A DNA stretch of 64,000 nucleotides from Hyphochytrium catenoides (taxonomy: Eukaryota > Protista > Hyphochytriomycota), in NCBI GenBank assembly GCA_900088475.1, contig FLMG01003947.1, positions 62,001-126,000 on the forward strand, written 5' to 3'. Below the pieces are notes generated by a model. That model made no database searches and was not told the origin of the DNA. It saw only the letters and a program-made list of their open reading frames with translations. Each line of letters opens with the position of its first letter. Position 1 is the stretch's first letter. Shown here in pieces: positions 27,937 to 39,497 of the stretch. The position numbers and the translations under genes were made by a program.

Positions 27937-30900
27937 ATGACGTCTTTTCAAGGACCCATGCACAGTGCCTACCGGCGTAACGAGAGGGTTAACGAGCCAG
28001 ATTATTATCGTTGCAGTTATTGTGGCAGAGCAAGCCAGGAAGAGCTGCTTCTGCCTTACGATGACGGCTCACATGCCTCTGGTCCCGTCATGCTCTGCAA
28101 GCGCTGCATGATAGGAAATAAGGTGCGGGTCTTCTGGCCAGTCGACATGCAGTGGTACATTGGCATGGTGCAGGACTATGACCCAGAAACAGACGAGCAT
28201 CTGCTGGCCTATCCTGATGGGGACACAGAATGGATTCGGATAGGTGACAACAAGGACCCAACACCTCATAGCATGCAGCTGCCGGCAATAACCCCTGCAG
28301 CACTTGCCAGTTATGGACTAATGAACGAGCGGATGGCGGCGCTGATGGCACAGAGTGCAGAACGGGCGAGGATGATGCAAGGAGAAAGACGCCCACCCAC
28401 GGTAAGCACGAGCTTTGAACGTTGAAATTTGCACAAACCTCCGTAAATCTTCTACTGGTCGGTCGTGGCGTTACCGCTGAGGCTTTTTAGTTCCTTGGTC
28501 CATTATTCCAAAGAAGTCGAAGCCCCATAATATCTCAGCCTACCTGTCTCATCCTTACTGTCTCCTTTCTCACTCTCCTCTCCTCTCGCTGTTCATTTTA
28601 AGCCCCAAATGCAGTCTCCGGGAGTGAGTTCCTTTCCACGTACCCATCAGGAGCCGTTGCCTCGCGCGAACGGGTCTATGGAAGGCTACGGCTATCATTC
28701 CTCCGGCGCTGTAGCGAACACCTCGGCGCAGGAGAGAGGCGAGAACGCCTCCTCGTCTGCTACAGGGACCAGCAGACAAGTCAATGCCAATCCTTCTCAA
28801 GGCTCCCCTTCTGTAGCTACCGCAACTGTGGACCAACTAAGAAAGATGCCAAAGAAAGGCACTGATAACTCTTGGACAGACAAGGAGGTACGACTCAATT
28901 TTCTTAGAATCTTTTTATCTTTACTGTTGGGTATGTACGTACGCTATCCGCTGCCCAAGTAGGTACTCCTTTGTTATGCTATGCGGTGTCATCGCCTTTG
29001 ACTTTAGGCTCAGCGATTATAAGTCCATCCCCACCACGCACAGTTTAACATTTTGGCATCAATAGGACGAGGCTTTATATGCTGCAGTCTTCAAGTATGA
29101 AGGCAAGGAGTGGGACAAGATCGCTCAAGAGATGCCGAACCGCACCGAGATGGAGTGCTTGGAGAGATGGAATAAGGTTATCAAGCCTGGGCTTAGTAAG
29201 CGATCGTGGACCAAGCAGGTACTTGACAGCTTTGATGCAGCGCTGCACCCCAGTGTGCCGTCCTGAAGAGCTACAATGGTATGGTGTTGACCCTTTTCTG
29301 TCGTGTAGGAGGACGATCTGCTCCAAGAGCTTGTCCAGAAGTTTGGAAACAAACGATGGTCTATGATATCGATGCATCTACCTGGTCGAACTGGGAAACA
29401 ATGCAGAGAGAGGTACGCGCACTAAAAACCGTTGAAGGCTTAAGCTCCTCCTCTTTTTCAAAATGGCGCTATCCTCATGACCTCAAGAAGGCTGGATAGC
29501 TCTGCATTTAGTACATGAAGTTGAGGGTTGATATCTTACGGTAATACTTCCATCCTCGTGTCTGCAGATGGTGCAACACTCTGAACCCAGACGTGCGCAA
29601 AGATAACTGGACACAAGAAGAGGACGCTATTATCTTTGAATATCATTCCAAGCTTGGCAACCAATGGGCAGAGATAGCGAAAAAGCTACCAGGAAGGTGG
29701 GTTCCTTACCGTCTGCCTCTCTGGCATGTGCCTGGGCAATGTGGATTGCCTACAGCTATCCCAGTTTAGTTTTGCCCTCCGTCTCTAGTATTCAGTAGCT
29801 GCGTTCTGTCGATCTTTTCAAAGCCATCTCTCTGACCGCAATGCTCACCAGGACGGACAACGCCATAAAGAATCGCTATTATTCTACTATCAGACGGTTA
29901 ATGAGGCAAGCGAAGAAGAACCCTGACGCGGTGGTGGAGTCTGCTCCCTTAGATGGTGACGTTGACTCAGACATCGTTACTTCCAAGCTAGAGCAGGCCG
30001 TTAAAGAGGTACAACGAGCGGCTTCTAGAAAGGCGAAGGAGGCCATCGTTTCGGGAAAGAGAGGGTTGAAAGGGCTAGAGGAGTCCTCCGCTAACGGAGG
30101 ACAGGCTCGGAGAAGAGTTGGAAGTGAGGAGGAAGATAGCGCAGCTGACAAAGGGATGGGGACCCCTGACAGAGTAGGCTTGCAAAGCCGCAGTCGAATG
30201 GAGTCCCAAGACAGCGGGACGCTGACCGATATATCCAAAGACAACGGAGGTGAGTCTGGTGCCCGGGCAATCGCACTTAGTGTATTCCTTCTTTCCTAAT
30301 CCCTACTTCCCTTATCTTGACTTTATTCTTTCTTTGAGGTTGCACCTTTCCTATTGCCGCTTAGTATGGCCAGTCGCTGCAACTACTCTCTCTCTCTAAG
30401 TTCCGGGGTGGACTGCGTTCCTTAGGAGTATGTCATTTTTGCTAAATCTTATCTTGTGGCTGTATCTCCACTGCGATAGATGGAGAAGCTTCTCAGAGCG
30501 GAATGATGGTAAACTCAGACGTGATGGCTCGACTTTTGTTCACAACTGCCAGAAGGGGAATGACTTCTTCCGAAGCATCCTCACGCTTTCTCGACAAGAG
30601 AAAGCGGAAAGACTCCCTACTCCGCGTCCCGGTGGGTCTGCCAGGAAGATCAAGCAAGTGTAGCAGGTGCAATCAGCCCAAAAGGGGACATTTGTGCCCC
30701 TTTAAAGGACCAGACGACCTTTCAGATTCAGAGGAAGAGGAAGGAGACAGTATAGAAAGTGGCAATGAAGGGAGCTCCGTTAGAGGTGGCAGTGCCCCAG
30801 CAGGAAGAGAAAGTTTTGGAAGAGATGGAAAGAGATCAAGAAGTGCCCTCAAGACGCACGAGCTTGTTTCCCCCAATACCCGGACGGACTTTGATGGAAT

Positions 30901-31033
30901 GTGTCACGCTTGCGGCTTTCTCTGCCCCTCTGAACAGACCGGACTGAGGCAGTGTACGGCTTGCTTCTATTGCGAAGCCTGCTGCGACCAAGAAGTCTGC
31001 CGCAACAGAGACGAGAGCCGAAGGAAGAGATAA
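27937..31033 (+). CDS. MYB3R: R1R2R3-MYB transcription factor with an N-terminal Cys4/Tudor-like domain and C-terminal zinc-binding motifs
   Basis: Three MYB repeats across exons 28860-29900: [24 protein letters not shown]; [25 protein letters not shown]; [35 protein letters not shown]. Tudor-like [37 protein letters not shown]. Confidence 0.92.
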
Positions 31034-31498
31034 CGTGGAAGGAGGCGAGTGCCCGGCAAGGGGGTAGTTTGGGTACCATAGAGAAAGTAGAGCAACAAAA
31101 GGATTGGAGAGCCTATGGGAGGGTGCCCATTCCTTCTTATGAGCCATTGTAGCGCCTGACTGTTGATCGCTCAAGAAATGTCCCTGTAACGTCATAGAAT
31201 CTGTCAATGAAATAGTTTGTAGGGGAAGTAAGCAGGAGACGGAAAGGGAGAAAGAGAGGTTTGTATGTGAGAGGATGGATCGGCAAAGCCTGTTAATTTG
31301 CAGGAGCTATGTATACTAATTGACAAATAAGGAAAGTCTGTTACATCGAACGCTGCGTTTGTCTGATTGTCTCTGTCCAGTCTTCCTTCACACAACGCTG
31401 TCTTTGTCCCGTGCCCTCTCGCCTGCCTTCTAGGCGACTGCCAAAACTGGCTTCCTTCACTTTTCAACTTCTTTCTTTCCTCCTTTGCTCCACCAAGA

Positions 31499-32621
31499 TT
31501 AGGCTCCTACAATGGCCCAAAGTTGAAGCTCTTTCACCTTTTCGTACTGCATGTACTGAGGAAAGTCATCTATGTTTATCTCTCGACCAATAAAGTGCTT
31601 CTCAGAACAGACTCCACAAGGTTTCTCTTGCTTGAGAAGCTTCAAGCATCTAGCGAGATCATTGTACTCTCCCATTCTACGAGTCCACTTCCTGTCCAGC
31701 AAGCTGTTGCAGTCGCCCTTCCCCTCTGCCTCGCCGCGCGGATGGGTGCAGACATGGGTGAGAAACCTGTGATAGCCTGGGCTTACAATGGCTGCATCCG
31801 CCAAGGAAAAGTTAACTCTCTTCTCAAAGCAGAGAAAGAGCGTCCGGGAGCCGGCGAGTAGGAGTCTGCGGAGGTCGAGGAAAGATTGTAAGAGATGATA
31901 AAGAAACGAGCTCTTGACGGTCGAAAATAGAAGACTAACCTGAGCAGCTGGAAGAGTCCGTCCACAAGCTCTCCGTTGTATATAACGTCACTGTCCAAGA
32001 ATATCATCTCATCAACAGAATTCTAGGATAAAGAGACAGCAAGTACAAAAAGATAACAGGGACGAATGGCAGGGACGCACCGCAGAGAGAGTTACAGGCA
32101 GGAACGCCATCAAGTAATGCTGGAAAGACAGTCATAGCGCTATCGTGAGGGAAGAGAAGTAGAGGAAAGCGAACCTACCTAGCAAACAAATATTGAATGT
32201 TGTCATAGTTCAACGCATCGTCTTCGCTCCAGTCAAACCTTGAGCGTGACTGAAGGCGAGAGGAGGTGCTGGGACAAGAGCTCCCATCCTTTCCGTTCTT
32301 TGGCAATCTACGTGCGGCCATCAGCATCCGGTCCACTTGTTCCATGGACTCGAAGTCAAGCCAGTCCACGCGCCTCACAGTTGCTTGATGTTGGGCAGAG
32401 CTCTTCTAGCATGAGATGAGAGGTGAAGGAATGCAAATGTAAGAGGTAGGGTTATTTTCTTTTGAGAAGCGGGCAGAAAGCATGAAAGCAATGAGGTTGC
32501 AATTCACAGAGGGTACCGAGGGATGGGGAGACTGATTGTGAGAGACAGAGAGGGGGGAGAGGGCGGGAGAGAGAGAAAGAGGTGACCTTCTGGAAGGAGC
32601 ACGACATAAAGAGGATAGGAA

Positions 32622-32655
<34 letters not shown>

Positions 32656-34251
32656 GGGTGAAGTGAGATCGAAAAAACGAAGGGAGGCTCTGTTCGTAGG
32701 CTACGGGAGCAGTTTCTAAGCTTTCTGTCCCTACATAAATATGCGAGTTCAGCTTCAGATTGCTGTCCAGAAGCGTCAGGATATCCTGCTGGTAGTCCGT
32801 CGCCACCACGTGCCTGCACACCCGCGCCAGGATGACTGCCAACAGCCCTAACACAGCAGATGTGACGAGAGAGAGATGAAAGAAGCGTAGTTAGCGGTAG
32901 ACTAGGAAGAAGCGAGGAAAAGGGGATCGATGGTTAGCAGAGAGAGAGAGAAACAGAAAGGGCAAAAAGTACTAGAGTGCTGTATAAGTCTGTGAGCAGA
33001 ACAGACCTACGCCGGCGCCCAGCTCAAGGGCAATGGATGATTCAAAAAAACTCTGCAAGGAGGAGAGGTAGCCATGTCGATAAGTAAGCGCATCAAACTG
33101 GACAGACAAGGAAACAGTTGGGAGCAACGCGCGGGTACGCGATGTATGTAGAGGGAAGGGAGAGTATGCTTGCAAAGGCAGAAGAAGTGAAGAGAGACGC
33201 ACAGATCACACAGCAAGCGAGTAGTAAGACAGAGCAGCGTTCAATGGAGATAGAAGATAGGACAAAACCTCTCAAGGTAGATGGGCCGCGAGCACCTGAT
33301 GATGAAGGACAAAGTCTGAGAGAAGCAGAGCGCCCCGCCATACTTGCAAGCCCACAAGCGCCATGGGAGTGGCCAATGTGTGCCTGAGAGTGACCGCGAA
33401 ATCTCTCTTCTCTTCTCTCTGCGTTGCCTCCTTTTCCTCTTCGTCTTCGGCCAGTCTCTTTCTTCGCCTTTTTCTACGAGAGACTCGGTCGCCATCTTCA
33501 TCTTGACTCTCTTCCGAGGATGATGATGTCTCTTCTTCCCTCTGCTGCAGATGGGAGAGAGGATAATAGACGTTGTACCGAGTGATCTGGAAGGGAGATG
33601 AAGAGAGATCAGTAAATGCAGGATGGTTAGCATCCTGACGCTAGAGCGACAGCAGGAAAGGAGAGAGACGCAGAGAGAGAGAGAGAGAGTAAGTGAGAAG
33701 GGGACAGAGAGAGACCCGGGGAGGAGGGGAGAGAAGGGGAAGAGATAGATAGAGACGAAGAAAACGGACGCAGAAGAGCCAAGCAGTGGACTTCTGACAG
33801 CTAACGTGCAAGGCTAATGCGGAAGAGAGGAGAAGACGAAAGCTCGCCAGAGAGCGAAGCCCAAGAGGGAGATGAGGAGAGAAAGAAGGATGACCACTGA
33901 GAGAAGGGATGCCGGAAAAGAAAGTGAGAAGGATGGGAGACAAGGTACCGTCTGAGCAAACTTGACCAGATTCCCTTTCCCGGCCGTGACTTCTAGCGCC
34001 TCCTCTCCTTCCTCCGCGATGCTGGCCACTCTCTCTTGCTCTGTCTCGCCGACGTGGAGATCTGACAGCACGAGATCATCGTCTTCTTCTGCATCACTCT
34101 CTTCCCTATCTCTCTCTTTCGCTCCTCCTCCTCGAATCTGAGCTTCCTGCTCCTCCGCGGCTGGTCCTCCGCTATGGTGGCCCTCTCTTGGCTCATCATC
34201 GTCTTCGCTTGCTTGTCCCTTCAATGTCACGTCTTCTTCGATCGCCAGCAT
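31499..34251 (-). CDS. METTL22: Seven-beta-strand protein lysine methyltransferase, METTL22-like
   Basis: LVLSDLHV; EDEDGDRV; LRHTLATPMALVGLQVWRGALLLSDF; motif I ALELGAGVGL; VVATDY; DVIYN; FEKRVNFSL; FPQYMQYEKVKELQLW. Confidence 0.88.
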
Positions 34252-34693
34252 TCTCCTGCTGCAGACCTGGCCAACCGTGTATTATGCTTAAGTTCTCAGC
34301 CAGCACCTGAGACCTCTGCCTTAACAGTCCAGGACGGCGAACTGTCTTGAACGTCTGTTCCTTTGGCATGAAAAGGTGGAGGATATGTGGGGAGATATGC
34401 TCTGACGGAAGAGACGAAGTAGAAGAGAGAGAGAGAGAATGAGAGAGAGAGAGACGGAGACAGAGAGACAGAGAGCGAGAGAGGGAGAGGGAGAGAGAGA
34501 GACAGAGAGAGCGAGAGCTGTTCATGCGCTCTCCCACTTGATGCTTGATGAGAACACGTCCTAAGGATAAGCCAGGGCGGAAGCTATAAAGGGCTCCGAG
34601 AGGGTATTCTTTCCTATAGGTATTCCGCATCCGAAGGCAAACCTTCCAACTTTTTCCCAAGATCCTTTCTCTCATTCTCTGTCTGCCTTCTCC

Positions 34694-34739
<46 letters not shown>

Positions 34740-34780
34740 CTCTCTCTCTCCCTCTCGCTCTCTCGCTCTCTCTCTCCCTG

Positions 34781-34933
34781 TGACTCTCCTGTCTTGTCTT
34801 TCGCTTGCTCGCCCCCTCTTTCCCCTTCTCTAGTCTTCTCTCCTCTCTCTCCTCTCCCTTGACTCTCCTGTCTTGTCTTTCGCTTGCTCGCCCCCTCTTT
34901 CCCCTTCTCTAGTCTTCTCTCCTCTCTCTCCTC
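34781..34933 (+). repeat. Direct tandem duplication of a ~74-bp CT-rich unit (period 79 bp)
   Basis: tgactctcctgtcttgtctttcgcttgctcgccccctctttccccttctctagtcttctctcctctctctcctc occurs at 34781 and again at 34860. Confidence 0.9.
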
Positions 34934-34976
34934 ATGCTGCTTCCTAGTCCTCATAGTGTTGCTGTTCGCTTGCCTC

Positions 34977-35006
34977 TGCTGCTGTTGCTGCTGCTGCTGC
35001 TGCTGC
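34977..35006 (+). repeat. Imperfect (TGC)n trinucleotide microsatellite
   Basis: tgctgctgttgctgctgctgctgctgctgc. Confidence 0.85.
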
Positions 35007-35236
35007 CCTGTCCATCATCAGTGCACTGACCGGTCCTCATCTTCCCTCTTCTCAGTCCGAGTTTCCCGTGTCTCTCTCCTACCTGTACAACCTTCAGTGT
35101 TCACGTTGCTTATCTCTCTTTCCAGCAGGAACTTTGGTCAGAAGGCCCCGCTGCCTTCGGACGCCTTCGTCCGTGGTCTCCTTCCGATCTCTCAAAGCTT
35201 TTTGGTCTCTCTCTCTCTCCCTCTCTGTGCGTCAAA

Positions 35237-38024
35237 ATGGCTAGCAAAAGGGTATTAACAGCAGACATCTTCTCCTATGTCATTTCGTTCCTCCCTTCTC
35301 TCTCCGCACCCTCTCCAATGCCCCAAAGAGTGCGGAAGCGGAAGGCGAGAGATTTTGATGACCAAGCCGGCTCGGAAGATGGGGACGATGACGAAGAGGA
35401 AGAAGAGGAAGAAGACATGGAGGAGGAGGTAGAAGAGGAACGGCACAGGGGCGAGGGAAGAGAGAACGAGGGTGACAAGAGAGAGAACTGGAGCAAGTAC
35501 CTTCTCTCTCTCTCTCTTGTCTGTCGACACTGGCGCACTATGATGGCGTCCGAGGAGGTCTGGATAGAGTTGTGTCGGCGAGACTGGCAACTGGAGGATC
35601 GGGTCTCGCCTCTCTTTAGCCTTTCACGTAGCGTGCAGATGGAAGAAGCCCCGTCCTATCGGGAAGCATGGTAACGCTCCTCTCTGAGGGTCTCACATCT
35701 TGCTTTTCTCCTCTAGTTTCTCCATTACTCGCTCTCTTCCTCTACCTCGCCTTCTCTCTTTCTCTCTCTCCCTCTCTCTCTTGTCCTCTCTTCCGTGGGT
35801 GTCTCTCCTTTACATTTAATCTCTCTAAATTTGTCTAGCTTGCTTCTTTTCCCCTGCGGTGCTCTGCTTGATCCCTGAACGTCAGTCTCTCTTTCTCTTT
35901 GTTTCTGTTTTGCTGCTTAGCCTCAAGTAACGGGCCTGCCTTGCTTATAGTCATCTATTGCCGTGGTCTCAGATCTCAGGTCATTGATTTTGACATCTTG
36001 TTCTATGCCTTTCATCGACTACTCTCCCTTACCGACACTTCTCAATTTCTCTTCTCTCTCTCTTCAATCTCCTCACTTGGCTCCCTCTCTCTTTCGTTGC
36101 CCAACCTTTGTCGCTTTCTTCTCCTCCAAACTCTCGATGTCCATCCAGGAAGCGCATGTACCTCTACAATCGGCGGGTCAGTTCACCCGGGGGACAATTA
36201 GTGGATGCTGGAGTGCTGCGCAGGGCTGCTGAAGTTTGGCAAACGATTGAGACGTGGCTGGCGGCGAATCTGCCCCATGCACTGGATACGCTGGTACGAA
36301 AGCCCTTAAGTTCTAACGGGTTGGAGAGAGAGGAAAGAGTTTGAAAGAAAAAGAGGGGCAGTCAGCGAACTGCAGAATGTAGATATGTAACTTTGGGGTC
36401 TGACAGGAGTAGAATGGACGGGGTGAGGGACGACTCTTTTACATCCTCAAAACTCTCTCTTTTCTCTCTGTGTTGTTCTTTCTCGTATCGTCGCGCTCTC
36501 TCCCTTCCACTCTCACTCCTTGTTTATTGTCTCTTTCCTCCTACTCGTCACTCTCTGTGCTACCTGCACCCATTTGCTATCCTCCTCACCTACCTTCTTT
36601 TCGTATGACGCCAAGAACATTGGCATTGATCGTGAGGATGTGTTTGAGACGATAGGCAAGGAGCTGCGGACCCCCATCGCCCCGTCTGTAAAGGCAATCT
36701 TCTCATTCCACGACGGGCAAGTCCTTCTCCCTCCCCTAACATCGGGAGCAAGATATGGTAGGCGCCTTCCTCTCTTATCTCAGACCGCCTGCGTTTGGAC
36801 GGTGTCACTCAGTTTGTTTATCTTGTTTGCCAAATCTTGAGCTCTGTGTGAGTGCACCCTCTCCATTTGCTGATCGCAGTGATAACTCCTTTATTGTGTG
36901 CATCCACATCGGCCCTTTGGCAGGCTACTTCTCCTCCAACGTGAAGAAGATTTGTAGCGGCATCTTAGGCGGCTACTCCTGCTATGACAAGCTCATCTGC
37001 ACCCGGCTCTTTCCTGTTGTCTATGCGATGAGACTCACAGAGAAACTCCGACCGCACCAGAGCTTTCTCAAGAATGATAGGACAAAGATAGCCATCGCCT
37101 GTAGCTGGGACCTACAGAAGGTAAGACAGTTCATCGTTTCCATTTGAGAAAACTTTAGCCTAAGAGAGCAGGGGAGAAAGTGTTCAGTGGCCTGCAGAGA
37201 TCTCGCAGTATAAGCAGCAGCTCCTTATTCTGCCTCTGGTTGGTCTCGGTGATCATTGCTCTGCCATCCATCTGTCTGACAAGCTGCAATTTCCTACATC
37301 GCCTTGTGGCCCCTCTCAGGCTTTCTTTCTCGACATCTCTACGGGAAACCTCTTCATACTGGCAGGTCAGGACTTGATACCATGCTGCGGAGGACTGACC
37401 GGCGCTGTAGAGGAGTTCCAGTCAGATTCGTTCCTGTCGTGGCTTGAGGAGTATGCAAAGAGGCTCAAAGAAGGAGTCTATAGGAAATCCGAGATACTGC
37501 CAGGCTTCAAGGATTCAGAAGGTACACTCACTTTCTTTTCTTCTTTCCTTACTATCCTTTCTTAGTGTTCATGGTGCTCCTCAATCACAGTTGTGAGCCA
37601 CTTCGACGAGGCCGCGGCAGGCATGTATGGTATCTTTATGCCCCTCTGTAAGGAGCCCTCATTGCAGTTGAATGCAGTTCCGCTCATTCTTTTTAAATGT
37701 CTGTCACTGACACCCGACTCCTAGGGTTGTTTAGCTCATCCTTCTACCGTTGTCTAGCCTTATCAATGTGTCTCGTTGCTTATGAGTTTGCCATAGGCAT
37801 TCAAATTTTGCCAGTCAGTGGCCCTTCAGTATCTCGCGCCATAACTCGAGGTGTGGAGGTGAAGGCCAGTGCGTTATTTACGCTTTTCCGAGATCGATAC
37901 ACCTATCGCATTATGATTAGAATCGTACCAGAGGGAGAATACGGCCACCTGTCGAAGGAGGAAAGGGGTTTTGAGACCTGTCAACTGGAGTCAAGGCACT
38001 GGGTAAGGATAACTAGGGGTGATG

Positions 38025-38058
<34 letters not shown>

Positions 38059-38876
38059 CTCTCTCCATTCTCTCTCCCTCTCTTTTTCTCTCTCTCTCTC
38101 TCTCGCGCGCGCGCGCTCTCTCTTCCCATTCACTGAGATCTCTTGATGTGGTGCCTTGTTTTCGTTCAGCATGTTATCTCTCCTCCATGTTACTTCATTG
38201 TCTCTTCTCTCGCCCTCTCACTTCTTCCCAAGAAGTCATCTTGTGCTTTCATCTCCTCTAAGTTAATGGCTATACCCTTTGCTTCACACCGTTCCTCTGC
38301 CACATGCTGTACTGAGCTTATCTCTTGCCCCGAAACCTCTTACTCTAGAAAATAGTAGATGGACGAGGAAGGGAGAGACATGTCAGTGGCGAAGGAGTTG
38401 TTGGCCGAATGCCAATTCTGGCGGAGGGCGGTTTTATAGAAGAGGGAAAATTTACAAGGTAAGCTCTCTTCAATGACTTAGAGCACTAAGTGTGAAGGGA
38501 AGAAGAGGGCATCGACTGGCTACAGCAATGCACATGATGATGAAAAGAATGCTAAGCCGAGAAGAATGAGAGAGTTAGCGAGTGGGACGGAATGTTCGAT
38601 GGAGAGGAATGAGAAATGTGAGAAAATTATCAAGAAATGAGCTGAAAGTGGGCTGAGCATGGAGAAGTTCTTTGGCTCTGTTTGTTTGACGTCTCCCCGC
38701 ATTTTTGCAGTGGCTGGTTCGAGTACCAGAGTAACTCAGGAAGACTAGCGGAGGACGAGGGCACGTTTGGTGGCCATATCAACTTCTATCCTGGCACAAT
38801 AGCGCAACCCACAGGCCGACCCTTTCCTGTCACCGTGGCTGACTTTCCATTGAAGATCCCGGAGTTCATCTTCTAG
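35237..38876 (+). CDS. F-box + SMI1/KNR4-like + ApaG domain protein (SKIP16/FBXO3-like)
   Basis: F-box split by an acidic insert (LTADIFSYVISFL..LSLSLVCRHWR..EEVWIELC). RAAEVWQTIETWL..FHDGQ..GILGGYSCYD. ApaG: SRAITRGVEVKAS..YTYRIMI..CQLESRHW..VSGEGVVGRMPIL..FEYQS..GGHINFYPG..PEFIF*. Confidence 0.9.
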
Positions 38877-39497
38877 GGGGGCCTGCCTCCTTGCTGACTG
38901 CTCGTCCTGCCTACTCTTTGTGCCCTTCCCTTTCTCTTGAACGTCAACGTTCTTCAGTCAAGTCAAGGAAACGGTCGGATGAGCACTACCATTTTCACCG
39001 AATGGGGCTGCCGTCCGTCTTAATTGTCAACCTACTCTCTTTAGTTCTACCTGTCGTTTGCTGCAATGATTCCCCCGCCCGTCCCCCCAACCACCCCACC
39101 TGCAGGGCAACGCCATGTCTCTTTAACCCACTGAGAAAAAGTTCACTCAGAACAAGCATCTATCACCAGACTTTCGCTACTAAGACGCTTTCGATGGTGA
39201 AAAGGCAGCTTAGTAACGCAGATAACTGCAGTCTCTCAGCATTTGTCCTCAATATTCTGCCAAATCGAGCCCTTTGTGTTTCTCTTAACTGTACAGATGG
39301 TTGCGCTTGCAACTGGACTTCACAACCGTACCAGGTTGGCAAGTCTTTCCTCTCCAACCATCGGTCTGTAGGTAAACCCTAGGCTAAATGATAAATAGTG
39401 TTTTTTATAGTTAAAACGTGACGTGGAAAAGTAGGAAGGAAGACAAGGGTTGCATTGCAAGAGCTAGGAGAGATAGAGCGGCATCGTGGAGTCCAGA

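Noticed and set aside
34196-35258. 252-aa ER-rich ORF and poly-Cys ORF
   Set aside because: Artefacts of the (GA)n and (TGC)n repeats in a promoter region.
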